From a bacterium (GTDB taxonomy: Bacteria > Bacillota > Limnochordia > DTU080 > RSA5), in assembly GCA_002919195.1 (NCBI GenBank), contig PKEU01000137.1, positions 1,602-65,601 on the forward strand: a DNA stretch of 64,000 bases, written 5' to 3'. Position 1 is the first letter of the stretch. The number at the start of each line of letters is the position of its first letter. The position numbers were made by a program, and so were the translations under genes. Below the pieces are notes generated by a model. That model was not told the origin of the DNA and searched no databases. It saw only the letters and a program-made list of their open reading frames with translations. Below are positions 30,833 to 40,004 of the stretch, piece after piece.

Positions 30833-32185
30833 CTAGAGGGTGGTCTCGCCCTCGCTCGTGCGGACGATGCGCAGGATCTGTTCTTCGTCGCCGGTTTGGG
30901 CGTTGATGTAGACGAGGAAGCGGTCACCCCCTAATGAGGCCGGCACCTCCCACGTGAGAACTTCGTCAAGCGTCTCTGTGGGAATGACGGCCAGGCGGAC
31001 CTCACCCGTCACCTCCAGCCCCATCGCCACCCGCTCGCGCGCTTCGTCGGGGGTGATCTCGGGAGCGGGGATCTTTCGCTCGTGGTGAGCCATGAGGTAA
31101 CCCATGGCTTCAAAGCCCACGATTTCGCCGTTGTCGAGCGCGACGCTCACTTTCACGAGGTCGGGGTAGATCCTAACGCCCCCCTTGACCGGGACGAAGG
31201 GGATCACCGCGACGTTTTCCGCCTCCGTGAGATAGGTCGCCTCCATTCCCTCAAAGCCCCGCTCCCGCAGGAACGCCCGCGCCCTCTCGATCGCCTCGTC
31301 AAAGGAGAGTATCGCCTCCTTGACGTCCCGTTTGGTCAGCATCCAGACCACGTGGCCGCCTTTGACGCTGACGTCCATCACCACTTCGACGCCTGTCTCC
31401 TCTGGGCGGACGACGATGCCGTAGGCAGGGATGCGGCCTTCGACCCGGCGGACGGCCTCAGCGCGGTAGCCGTCGCGCCGCTCGGGAGCGACAAACTCCA
31501 GCGCGATCCTCTCAGCTTCTTCTTCACTCACGTCGTCGCCCGTGAGCCCGCGGGGCTTCCGCTGCAAGACGTGGTCCGAGAAGGGACCGTCGTATTGGAT
31601 CACGGGGATCTTCTGGAAATGGTCCTCGAGACGGGTGAAGCCCGCGTCGGGTTGCTCCTCTTGTCTAAGGCGCCGGCGCGTCCTACTCTGCAGTTCGCCC
31701 CAGGGCATGCTCCCTTTGGCGGCTTCCCGCTGGATCTCGTGCAGCGCCGCGCTGATGCGAGCCGCTTCCTCCCGCATCCTCCGGATGAGCGACATCTCGT
31801 CGTCGCTGGGAGGTGTGCCCTTGGCCGCCTTTTTGGCCAGCGTAAAGCCAAAGTCTCCTACCTGCGTGAGGAACTTGCTGGTTTCGATGAGCGTCCCCTG
31901 AACCAGGGGCAGCAGGGTGAGATTGGCCTGCGCTGCAAAAGCCTGCTGCCTCAGGTCAGAAAAAATCTCGGCGAGCTGCCCGGGCGTGGAGGCCGCGATC
32001 CCCTTGGAGAGCAGCACTTCCACGTTTTCCACGTGGCCGACGGCGTCGAAAAACGCCTGCTGATAGCGGGCGGCCAGCTCCCTTTCGATCGCCTGCCGGC
32101 TCCGCATTTGCTCTGCTCCCCAGAGGGCGGCGAGCGCGACGCCCACCACCAAGAGCAGCGCCGCCGTGCGCCAGTGCTTCGACAC
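30833..32185 (-). CDS. ypeB: Germination protein YpeB.
   Basis: 450 aa with an N-terminal TM and PepSY domains (KGGHVVWMLTKRD, ALDNGEIVGFEAMGY, INAQTGDEEQI). It lies immediately downstream of sleB. Confidence 0.8.
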   Translation of the reverse strand: MSKHWRTAALLLVVGVALAALWGAEQMRSRQAIERELAARYQQAFFDAVGHVENVEVLLSKGIAASTPGQLAEIFSDLRQQAFAAQANLTLLPLVQGTLIETSKFLTQVGDFGFTLAKKAAKGTPPSDDEMSLIRRMREEAARISAALHEIQREAAKGSMPWGELQSRTRRRLRQEEQPDAGFTRLEDHFQKIPVIQYDGPFSDHVLQRKPRGLTGDDVSEEEAERIALEFVAPERRDGYRAEAVRRVEGRIPAYGIVVRPEETGVEVVMDVSVKGGHVVWMLTKRDVKEAILSFDEAIERARAFLRERGFEGMEATYLTEAENVAVIPFVPVKGGVRIYPDLVKVSVALDNGEIVGFEAMGYLMAHHERKIPAPEITPDEARERVAMGLEVTGEVRLAVIPTETLDEVLTWEVPASLGGDRFLVYINAQTGDEEQILRIVRTSEGETTL

Positions 32186-32202
32186 CCTTCATCTTCCTTT
32201 CG

Positions 32203-32934
32203 TCATACGGCGAAGACGTGATTGCCGATTCGGGCGACGATTTGCCTCGTCCAGATCCAGGGAGAGACCGGCTTGGACGGGTTCCAGAAAAAGACCGCCC
32301 CATAGGTGGGGTCCCAGCCGTTGAGCGCGGCCCGCGCCGCCCGGTACGCCTCCTCCGTCGGGGTGCGCCTCCAGATGAGGCCGTTGGTGACCGATTCAAA
32401 AGCGTGGGGTTGATAGATCACGCCGCTCAGGGTGTTGGGAAAACGGGGATCGTTGACCCGGTTGAGGATGACCGCGCCCACCGCCACCTGTCCTTCGAAG
32501 GGCTCCCCCTGCGCTTCCGCGGCGATGACGCGGGCTAATAGCTCGAGCTGATCGCTGCGATTGACGGCGCCCCCCGCCGAACCTGTGGACGTGGAACCGC
32601 CTCCCGCGACAGCGTTGTAGAGCCCGAGCGCCCTCCACGTGTTGGCCCCGACGACGCCGTCGGCGGGCCAGACTCCGTTCCTCCGTTGAAAGTTGACCAC
32701 CGCCCGGTAGGTCTCGGCGCCGTAGACCCCGTCGATGCGGCCTTGGTAATATCCCCACTGCTGCAGCCGCCACTGCAGCGTCCGCACCGCTTCCCCCGTC
32801 GATCCCCACCGGAGCACCGGGACGCTTTGAGCCTCGACCCGGTTTTCCTCAAGGCGAAGCGCTGCCCGAGGAAGCGAAACGATCGCTCCCGAAACCACGG
32901 CGATGATTAACGCGGCGAGCACCCGTCGCTTCAT
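32203..32934 (-). CDS. sleB: Spore cortex-lytic enzyme SleB.
   Basis: PG-binding domain (LRWGSTGEAVRTLQWRLQQWGYY) plus a Hydrolase_2 domain (VIAAEAQGEPFEGQVAVGAVILNRV). The RBS GGAGGG precedes the start. Confidence 0.85.
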   Translation of the reverse strand: MKRRVLAALIIAVVSGAIVSLPRAALRLEENRVEAQSVPVLRWGSTGEAVRTLQWRLQQWGYYQGRIDGVYGAETYRAVVNFQRRNGVWPADGVVGANTWRALGLYNAVAGGGSTSTGSAGGAVNRSDQLELLARVIAAEAQGEPFEGQVAVGAVILNRVNDPRFPNTLSGVIYQPHAFESVTNGLIWRRTPTEEAYRAARAALNGWDPTYGAVFFWNPSKPVSPWIWTRQIVARIGNHVFAV

Positions 32935-33142
32935 CGTGCCATCCCTCCGCTGCTCAAAAGAAGCAGTCGCGCAATCCGCCTCTATTCTTTCCGTCCTTTG
33001 CCCGCTCTTTGCATCGCGCGGGTAGGATTAAAGACTCACCAATCACCAGGGGCGTTCATAGTGTGTAGTGATTTTCGGCGAGCCCGTGCCTTACGTAGCT
33101 TGAGGAACGGGCGAGGTCAAACAAAGGAGGGAAAAGCCACCC

Positions 33143-33781
33143 ATGGCCAAGAGCCAGAGCCTGCAGCTCAACTATTGGCAGAAAAAGGAGCAGCCCAATC
33201 TCGCCCCGATCGGCGGTGGCGGCGGTGGCGACGACTACGGCCCCGAGTGCATCATCGTCGACAAAGTGTACGATGAATGCACCGTCACCGAGTGCCCGAC
33301 GTTCCGCTTCACCGACCTGATCCCCGAACCGGCCAACGTCATCGCTTGCGACGTCGCCAACGTCAGGGTGATCGACGCCGGCATTCCCCGGGACGGCGAG
33401 GTCGAGTTCACCCTCGAATGGGATCAGACCGTCACCTTCGCCGACTCCGACGGCTACGATCACACCGTGACCAAGACCTTCCGGTTCCGCAAACGGGCCC
33501 GGCTCCAGGGCGCCCGTCCCGAGATGGACCTGCGGTTTTTCCATCTGGTCAGGTGCCTCAACTGCCGGATCCGCGAGACGGACGGAGAGGCGGACACCAT
33601 CGAGTGCGAGGTCGGGCTCTTCGTCGTCGTGAAAGTCACCTTTACGGTGCAGCTCGAAGTGAAAGAGGCTCGCTTTTGCCCCCAGCCGCCCGAGTGCGTG
33701 CAGGTGTCGCCCATCGGTTGCCCCGAGTGGGCCGACATGGTCCAGCGGGGCGAGTTTTGGCCGCCCTTTCCCATCCACTGA
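33143..33781 (+). CDS. Hypothetical Cys-rich protein (possible spore-coat/SPOCS-like).
   Basis: 212 aa with an N-terminal Gly run. It has multiple Cys pairs (CTVTEC, CLNC, CPQPPEC, GCPEW) and a beta-rich repeat-like core. The RBS AAAGGAGGG precedes it. No confident family assignment. Confidence 0.4.
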   Translation: MAKSQSLQLNYWQKKEQPNLAPIGGGGGGDDYGPECIIVDKVYDECTVTECPTFRFTDLIPEPANVIACDVANVRVIDAGIPRDGEVEFTLEWDQTVTFADSDGYDHTVTKTFRFRKRARLQGARPEMDLRFFHLVRCLNCRIRETDGEADTIECEVGLFVVVKVTFTVQLEVKEARFCPQPPECVQVSPIGCPEWADMVQRGEFWPPFPIH

Positions 33782-33814
33782 CGGCGGCGCGAGCCGATCC
33801 GCCAGGCGCAAAAC

Positions 33815-33850
33815 CGCTGTAGGCCTCGCATCTCGGCGAGGCCTACAGCG
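33815..33850 (+). terminator. Perfect 15-bp GC hairpin (terminator-like, no U-tract).
   Basis: CGCTGTAGGCCTCGC-atctcg-GCGAGGCCTACAGCG, 34 nt after the stop of the 33143 gene. Confidence 0.4.
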
Positions 33851-33928
33851 CGCCTTGTGGCGCTTGACTCAAAACACGCTGCCTTGCGTTTTGACGAAAC
33901 GGGGCGTCGCCTGCGGGGGGAACAAGCG

Positions 33929-34912
33929 TTGCGCATCGTCATGTACGCAGACCGGCCGGCATCCTTTGGGGGCATCGAGACCCACATGGCCACACTCGCC
34001 AAGGAGCTGGCCCTTCTCGGCCAGCAAGTCACCCTGGCTTTCCCCCGCATCCTTGAGGACGGACTCTTTGCCGACGCGAAAGCCCACGGTGTGCGGGTCG
34101 TCAAAGCCGGTCCGCAGGAGGTTCAAGAGCTGGCCGCGAGCGGCAAGGTCGACGTGCTGCACGCCCACTCGGCCCGAGCCTCGCGTCTTGCCCACGCCCT
34201 CCAGCGCCGGTATCCACTGCTCACGGCGACGACGCTCCACGGCCCGGGCCAGCTTCTCCCGCCTTGGCGCCACGGCCGGACCGCCATCATCGCGGTGAGC
34301 GGCGAAATTTCGGAAAGCCTCTCGCAGCAGGGCATCCCCCACATCACGATCGAAAACGGGGTCGATTTGAAGCGCTTTCACCCCCGAGCCCCGGGACTTC
34401 GCCGGCCGCGGCCGCTGCGGATCGTCTACCTTGGACGGGTCAGCCCTTCCAAAATGCCAGGCCTTCTCGCGCTCGACCAGGCCGCCGCCTTCCGCCAGGA
34501 GGTTGACGTCCGCTACGTCGCGGACTGGGCCCCCCGGGCCCAAGAGGCGCCTTCTCCTGCGGTGGAACACGAGCTTTCGGGAGCGGATCTTGTCTTTGCC
34601 ACCGGCAGGGGCATCCGCGAGGCGATGGCCTGTGGGGCCGCCGCCGCCGTGCTGGGCGTCTTTTGGGACGGCCTGGTGACGCCCGATACAGTCTCCCGGC
34701 TCGAGTGGTGCAACTTCAGCGGCCGGGCAAGCCGCGAGCCTCCCACGGCCCGGCGCATCAGCCTCCTGTTAAGGGAGCTGCTGGCTGATCCCAAGAGGCT
34801 TGAGCAGCTCAAAACCTTTGGGGCAAGCTACGCTCGCCGCCACTGGGACGCTCGAGTCATGGCGGAAAAGACCCTTGAGGTGTATCAACGCCTTAAGCGC
34901 GAGGCCTCATAA
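33929..34912 (+). CDS. Glycosyltransferase, GT-B fold (GT4 family).
   Basis: N-terminus (M)RIVMYADRPASFGGIETHMATLAKEL, followed by a C-terminal Glycos_transf_1-like region. A TTG start is assumed at 33929. Confidence 0.65.
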   Translation: MRIVMYADRPASFGGIETHMATLAKELALLGQQVTLAFPRILEDGLFADAKAHGVRVVKAGPQEVQELAASGKVDVLHAHSARASRLAHALQRRYPLLTATTLHGPGQLLPPWRHGRTAIIAVSGEISESLSQQGIPHITIENGVDLKRFHPRAPGLRRPRPLRIVYLGRVSPSKMPGLLALDQAAAFRQEVDVRYVADWAPRAQEAPSPAVEHELSGADLVFATGRGIREAMACGAAAAVLGVFWDGLVTPDTVSRLEWCNFSGRASREPPTARRISLLLRELLADPKRLEQLKTFGASYARRHWDARVMAEKTLEVYQRLKREAS

Positions 34913-35429
34913 AGATCTGTGCGATGTGCCACTTTCCGCCGGAGCGGTACACCCCGACGCCCACTTGGGTGTATCCTGCGCTCAGGATGTTAGCCCGGTG
35001 ATCGGGGCTTTCCATCAGGGCTTGGTGGGCCGCGACGAGGCTCGTCGCCCTCGCGATGTTTTCCCCGGCCCATTTGTAGGCAACGCCCTCGCGGCGAAGC
35101 ATGTCGAAAACCGTGCCCAAAACCGGCGAGACGTGGTCAAAGTAGCCCCTTTCCGCCATGTCCCTTGCCTTTTCCCGCGCGAGCCGCACCAGCAGGGGAT
35201 CGACCGCCAGCGCCTCACGTCCCTCCGCCAGCCGCTCCTCGTTGATTTTCTGGAGAAGGTAGGCTTCCGCCTCGCTCTCCTCTATGATCTCAAGCGCCGG
35301 CGTTCCGGCTCTTGCGGCCAGGGCTTGTCCCGTGATGAGCGTCACTGCCAACAAGAGCCCCAAAACGGCCCCGATCCAGACGGACGTCGCTCTCCGGCGG
35401 AAGTTGCCTGAGTGCTGCATGATCCGCAA
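34893..35429 (-). CDS. CAP-domain (SCP/PR-1, YkwD-like) secreted protein.
   Basis: Signal/TM segment followed by a CAP domain (GYFDHVSP...WAGENIA...HRANILSAGYTQVGVGV). Confidence 0.7.
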   Translation of the reverse strand: MRIMQHSGNFRRRATSVWIGAVLGLLLAVTLITGQALAARAGTPALEIIEESEAEAYLLQKINEERLAEGREALAVDPLLVRLAREKARDMAERGYFDHVSPVLGTVFDMLRREGVAYKWAGENIARATSLVAAHQALMESPDHRANILSAGYTQVGVGVYRSGGKWHIAQIFMRPRA

Positions 35430-35572
35430 GCCTCCTTCGGTGGTTTCACCGTCGCGGAGGCTTCCACAACCGCAGGGGCCGCGCCTTTGATCACTCTCTT
35501 CCTGCCTTGGCGCGCCGTGGCGTCATTGTCAAGCTCCGGGGGGAATACCCATACACCGAGGAGTGATCGGCT

Positions 35573-36208
35573 ATGGCACACGAAACCACCGGCGCGGCCA
35601 CCCGGGTGACGATCACTCTCGAAGGGGGCGGTCGCCTGGCCCAGGTCGCGCAAGTCCTCCAAGTGAAACTCGAAGCCCGGGACCTCCAGTGGGAACCCGT
35701 CGACCAGCAGAGGCTGGCCGTGCGGGGAGAGATCCATTCGTACCTCTACTTCCTCCGGGCGGGAAGTCGCAAGATCGAGGGCGAGGGCCTAGCCATCCCC
35801 TTTTCCCGCACCGTGAGCGTGCCAGGACTCGACCTTAGCCGGGTGGACGTCGCCGTCGAAGAGCTGGTTTCCGACCACGATTTCGATCCGGTCACGTGCG
35901 ACTTCCAGCACCGGATCCGGGTCATCGTCCGCGTGTCGGAGCGGCCTCGCCCCGAAGGCGAGACCGGCGAGCAGGGCCACCGGGACATTGCAGAGCCCAT
36001 CCCCTCCGCCCCCGCCCAACGAGACGAGATCCGCCTCTCAGAGGCGTCAGGCGAGACGCGCCTTTCCCAGGTGAGGCAAGGCCCGTCGCCCTTTCCCGAG
36101 CCCGAAGAGGAGGCCGCCCCACCCGCTCCCAGCGAGCCCCCTCCTTCGGCCGACGAGGGCCAGCGGGTCATTGTCTGGAAACCCTTTCCACCCCCCATCG
36201 ACAGTTAA
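35573..36208 (+). CDS. Hypothetical protein, possibly SPOCS/DUF3794-like, with an acidic Pro-rich tail.
   Basis: 211 aa with a beta-rich N-terminal half (LAVRGEIHSYLYFLRAGSRKIEGEGLAIPFSRTVSVPGL). The C-terminal tail is low-complexity P/E/A-rich. Confidence 0.35.
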   Translation: MAHETTGAATRVTITLEGGGRLAQVAQVLQVKLEARDLQWEPVDQQRLAVRGEIHSYLYFLRAGSRKIEGEGLAIPFSRTVSVPGLDLSRVDVAVEELVSDHDFDPVTCDFQHRIRVIVRVSERPRPEGETGEQGHRDIAEPIPSAPAQRDEIRLSEASGETRLSQVRQGPSPFPEPEEEAAPPAPSEPPPSADEGQRVIVWKPFPPPIDS

Positions 36209-36214
36209 AAACCC

Positions 36215-36855
36215 TTATGGGCGGCGGCGAAACACGGAGGTCGACGCCCAGGGCGCTTGCGGTCTTGGCGAGGTGTTCCGGGAGGGCGGCAGCAACGGCG
36301 CGCTGGCCATTTTTCGGGGCGCCGAGCGAGCGCCCCCCTCCTTTGGTTGCCCGGACACCTTGGTGGAAGGAAGTTGAGGCCCAGCGCCCGGCTGCCGGAG
36401 CGGCGTCGTCTCCGCGCCGCGCCATGCGCCGCGGGCAAAATGCTCGAACGCCGCCCAACCGCTCTTACGCTCTCTTAGACTCGGCTGTGACGGCGGCCCC
36501 GCAGCAAGCCTCTTGGGACCGTTGCTGCCGCCTTTCCCTCGCTCGCCCAGCAAGCGCTCCACATCTCTTTGGATAAAGGTGGGCGAAAACAGCCCGTGGT
36601 ACCGGACGGCGCCGTCGATCACCACGAGGGGCAGCGCAGGCCTCTGCGGCCCGCTGAGGGACTGTTGGATCGCGGGAAACTGGGCAAGATCCGCGCTCTT
36701 GACGTCGACGAAGCGGCAAGCGACGGCGTCGCCAAAGTTTTTATGGAGCCGTTTAGCCAACGAACCCGTGATCTCTTCCAGAGATCGCCCTTTGGCTCAC
36801 CCGTAGCAGAGTTTGCTCTCCTTGTCGGCGATGACGACCACTTCGACACGGTCCA
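36215..36855 (-). CDS. YuzD/DUF1462-like thioredoxin-fold protein with an in-frame UGA at the second Cys of its CxxC motif (candidate selenoprotein, CxxU).
   Basis: ATG at 36855 with RBS AAGGAG reads MDRVEVVVIADKESKLCYG-[TGA 36798..36796]-AKGRSLEEITGSLAKRLHKNFGDAVACRFVDVKSADL...PLVVIDGAVRYHGLFSPTF. This is colinear with B. subtilis YuzD as I recall it (…LVVYGAEQICASCVNMPSSKET…PLVLINGEIVGEG). The 3' end is uncertain because the frame stays open into a P/G/R-rich tail. Confidence 0.5.
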
Positions 36856-36940
36856 TGCGACATGCGCTCCTTGAAAGAGATGTTGCGGACGTGTTGCACG
36901 GACCAGTCTATGCAAGTCAAAAAGGACGGGTGTGCGGGAG

Positions 36941-37165
36941 CTAGCCGGATGAGGGGGTGGAGACGAGCGTCACGATGGTTCCCGGCTGAAGCTCGGGCAC
37001 GAGAAAATGGTCGGGATCCGTGGAGAGCAGCCGTTCAAGGCGCGCGGTGCCGTCGCCGAGCGGGGTGACCAGGACCCGGATCCCTCCCATAGAGGCCTCG
37101 ATCTGGGCGGGCTCGGCGTCGTCGGAAAAGATCTCTTCCGGTGGGATGATCGTGTATAACACCAT
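36941..37165 (-). CDS. ylzJ: YlzJ-like protein.
   Basis: 74 aa, in the conserved position downstream of tepA. Resembles B. subtilis YlzJ. Confidence 0.65.
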   Translation of the reverse strand: MVLYTIIPPEEIFSDDAEPAQIEASMGGIRVLVTPLGDGTARLERLLSTDPDHFLVPELQPGTIVTLVSTPSSG

Positions 37166-37177
37166 AGGATTCGCCCC

Positions 37178-38041
37178 TTAAACGGGCGGGAGAGGCGCCG
37201 GCGGCGGATTGGGAGGATAGCCGAAAGCAGCGCCCGCGGCCGCCGGCGCCGGCTGGTTGTTGACGGGAAAAGCAAAAGCCGGCGAGACCGGGTGTGGGAA
37301 AGAGCCCAGATACCCGCCGGTCGCCCTCTGGATTTCCCCCCGCAAGTAAGCCAGGGCTTCGGCCAGTCCCCCCACCTGGTCGATGAGCCCCACCTCGACC
37401 GCCTCGCGGCCGATCAAGACGGTGCCCACGTCGCGCACCAGCTCGCCCGTGCGAAACATGAGCTCTCTCAGTGCGCCTTCCGAAATCCGCGAGTTTTCGA
37501 CGATAAAGCGGATCACCCTGTCTTGCATCTTGTCGAGGTACTCGTAGGTCTGCGGCACGCCGATCACGAGCCCCGACAGCCGGATCGGGTGCACGGTGAC
37601 GGTCGCCGTGCTCGCAATAAACGAACGCCGGGCTGCGACGGCGATGGGCGCGCCGATGGAGTGGCCTCCGCCCAGGATGAGTGAGACGGTGGGTTTGGAA
37701 AGGCTGCGGATCATCTCGGCGATGGCAAGCCCCGCCTCGATATCGCCGCCCACGGTGTTGAGGACGACGATGAGCCCCCGGACGGCAGGGTTTTGCTCGA
37801 CCGCGACCAGTTGAGGAATCACGTGCTCGTACTTGGTGGTCTTGCTCTTGGCGGGCAAGACCACGTGCCCTTCCACCTGCCCGATGATGGGCAGGCAGTG
37901 GATGCCCCCCTCCATCCTCGGCGGGAGGTTGGATTGACCCAGCTCTTGAATCGCCTGGAGACGGGGAGATCCTTGCGGGGACACAGGCTGAGTCGATTGC
38001 TGCTGGCCCCGGTCGATCTCGGCATCGAAACCGCCGTTCAT
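37178..38041 (-). CDS. tepA: ClpP-like translocation-enhancing protein TepA.
   Basis: ClpP/crotonase fold ([10 protein letters not shown]...[19 protein letters not shown]). Its position between rnj and ylzJ matches B. subtilis. Confidence 0.8.
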   Translation of the reverse strand: MNGGFDAEIDRGQQQSTQPVSPQGSPRLQAIQELGQSNLPPRMEGGIHCLPIIGQVEGHVVLPAKSKTTKYEHVIPQLVAVEQNPAVRGLIVVLNTVGGDIEAGLAIAEMIRSLSKPTVSLILGGGHSIGAPIAVAARRSFIASTATVTVHPIRLSGLVIGVPQTYEYLDKMQDRVIRFIVENSRISEGALRELMFRTGELVRDVGTVLIGREAVEVGLIDQVGGLAEALAYLRGEIQRATGGYLGSFPHPVSPAFAFPVNNQPAPAAAGAAFGYPPNPPPAPLPPV

Positions 38042-38122
38042 GCCAAGCCCACCCTTCCGCCGGTCAGCGCTCCTATTGACCCGGCAAGCCTAGTATGGCC
38101 CAAGACCGGCGGAAACATGTGG

Positions 38123-39790
38123 CTATACTTCCATGATGATCGGCAGGATCACCGGCCGGCGCTTGGTCTTTTCGTAGAGGTGGCGCTGGAGCACGTCGCG
38201 CACCTCACTCTTGATGGGCCCCCACTCGGTGATTCCTTGGGCCGCGAGCGGCGCTAGCGCCTCATTCACGACGCCGCGCGCTTCGTCGATAAGGCTCTCC
38301 GACTCCCTCATGTACACAAAGCCGCGCGAGATGATATCGGGACCGGCCACGATCTCGCCCGTCTGCTTGTCGATGCTGACGACGACGATGAGGATGCCGT
38401 CCTGCGAGAGCTGTTGCCGATCCCTGAGGACGATGTTGCCCACATCGCCCACGCCTAGGCCGTCGACCAGCACCCTGCCGGCTTCCACCGGCGCGCCTTT
38501 CCTGATCGAATGGGGCGTAATCTCGATGCGGTCGCCGATCTCGGGGATGACGATATGTTGTTCGGGAATACCCACTTGCTTCGCGAGTTCGGCGTGAGTG
38601 GCCAGCATGCGGTACTCCCCGTGAATGGGGATGAAAAACTTGGGCCGCGTGAGGTTGAGCATCAGCTTGAGCTCCTCTTGGCTTGCGTGCCCGGAGACGT
38701 GCACCCCGCTGACGGCGTGATAGATCACTTTGGCCCCCAGCTTAAAGAGGTGGTTGATGGTCTTTCCCATCGATCGCTCGTTTCCCGGGATCGGCGTGGC
38801 CGAGATCAAGACAGTGTCGCCCCGCCCGATGGCCACCTGGCGATGCTCGTTCATCGCCATGCGCGTCAGGGCCGCCATCGGCTCGCCTTGGCTTCCCGTG
38901 GAGATGACCACGATCCTTTCAGGGGGATAGTCGTCCAGCTCGTCCACGTCGATCATCATCCCGTCGGGGATACGCAGGTACCCAAGACGCGAGGCGATGT
39001 CGACGTTTTTGACCATGCTGCGGCCGATGAAGCAGACTTTGCGGTTAAAACGGTGAGCGGCGTCGACGATCTGCTGGATCCGGTGGATGTGAGACGCGAA
39101 GGCGGCGACGACGATCCGGCCTTCCGCTTCGCGAAAGACGTCGAGGAGCGTTTCGCCGACGATCCGCTCGGACATGGTGTAGCCGGGCCGCTCCGCGTTG
39201 GTGCTGTCGGCCATCAGGCACAATAGGCCCTCTCGCCCCAGCTCCGCCAGCCGATGCAGATCGATCACTTTTCCATCGATCGGCGTGTGGTCAAATTTAA
39301 AGTCGGTCGCATACAGGATGACGCCCGCCTGAGTGGTGACGGCCATGGCGACGACGTCGGCGAGGGAGTGGTTGACGTGGATAAACTCCACGGAAAAGGA
39401 GCCGAGTTTGATCACGTCGCCGGCCTTGATCTCGTGTAAGCGGACGTCGCCTTTGAGTCCGTGCTCCTCCAACTTCGCTTCGACGAGGCCTAGGGTGAGC
39501 CGCGTGCCGTAGACCGGCACATTGAGCTGGCGCAAGATGTAAGGAAGAGCGCCGATATGGTCCTCGTGGCCGTGGCTCAGCAAGATCGCTTTGACGCGGT
39601 TTTCCCGTTCCTTGAGGTAGGAGATGTCGGGGATAACCAGGTCCACCCCCAGCATCTCCTCGTCGGGAAACATCACCCCGCAGTCGAGGACGAGGATCTC
39701 ATTCCCCTGCTCCAAGAGCCACATGTTTTTGCCGATCTCTCCGACGCCTCCAAGGGGAATGAGAGAGACTGTCGATTGAGTTTTTGCCAT
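38123..39790 (-). CDS. rnj: Ribonuclease J.
   Basis: MBL domain (HGHEDHIG) plus beta-CASP and C-terminal domains. An internal ATG at 39790 (MAKTQSTVSLIPLGGVGEIGKNMW) is preferred to the track start at 39952. Confidence 0.85.
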   Translation of the reverse strand: MAKTQSTVSLIPLGGVGEIGKNMWLLEQGNEILVLDCGVMFPDEEMLGVDLVIPDISYLKERENRVKAILLSHGHEDHIGALPYILRQLNVPVYGTRLTLGLVEAKLEEHGLKGDVRLHEIKAGDVIKLGSFSVEFIHVNHSLADVVAMAVTTQAGVILYATDFKFDHTPIDGKVIDLHRLAELGREGLLCLMADSTNAERPGYTMSERIVGETLLDVFREAEGRIVVAAFASHIHRIQQIVDAAHRFNRKVCFIGRSMVKNVDIASRLGYLRIPDGMMIDVDELDDYPPERIVVISTGSQGEPMAALTRMAMNEHRQVAIGRGDTVLISATPIPGNERSMGKTINHLFKLGAKVIYHAVSGVHVSGHASQEELKLMLNLTRPKFFIPIHGEYRMLATHAELAKQVGIPEQHIVIPEIGDRIEITPHSIRKGAPVEAGRVLVDGLGVGDVGNIVLRDRQQLSQDGILIVVVSIDKQTGEIVAGPDIISRGFVYMRESESLIDEARGVVNEALAPLAAQGITEWGPIKSEVRDVLQRHLYEKTKRRPVILPIIMEV

Positions 39791-39941
39791 GATGCGGTCA
39801 AGACACCTCCAAGGCGCGTCCGCTCCGGCCCCGGCGGCCTGGGCACGGGCGCGAGCGCCGTACTCGGTCACAAAGTCGCTCCGTCGCCATGGCCTCGCGG
39901 CAATGCGAGCGAAAGAAACCCGAACCAGCACATTATCAATG

Positions 39942-39969
39942 ATTATACTCAACGCCGCGCAAAAGTGAA
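39942..39969 (-). promoter_or_regulatory. Sigma-A-type promoter candidate for rnj (TTCACT-N16-TATAAT).
   Basis: A perfect TATAAT sits on the minus strand (plus-strand attata, 39942-39947). The -35 is TTCACT, giving a ~150-nt leader to rnj. Confidence 0.35.
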
Positions 39970-40004
39970 AGCGAAAGGCCCCGTCGAAAAGACGACGGGA
40001 CCCC
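39961..40004 (-). terminator. Intrinsic terminator after dapA.
   Basis: On the minus strand: GGGGTCCCGTCG-tctttt-CGACGGGGCC followed by the U-rich tttcgctttcactttt. Confidence 0.5.

Noticed and set aside
33050-33070. CATA-containing motif upstream of the 33143 gene, considered as a SigE/SigK -10.
   Set aside because: The spacing of the TA dinucleotide does not fit CATA-N3-TA, and no -35 partner is acceptable. Too weak to call.
36843-36849. Spo0A-box-like heptamers. TTCGACA lies at 36843..36849. TGTCGAA lies on the minus strand at 45821..45827.
   Set aside because: Both are single copies inside coding sequence or inside the L-box terminator loop. No paired boxes or promoter context were found. 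The expected frequency in 64 kb of GC-rich DNA makes coincidence likely.
36619-36915. 98-aa minus-strand track ORF spanning the YuzD 5' region in another frame.
   Set aside because: The frame containing the RBS-preceded ATG at 36855 and the TGA gives a colinear YuzD-family alignment. This alternative frame gives no recognisable protein.
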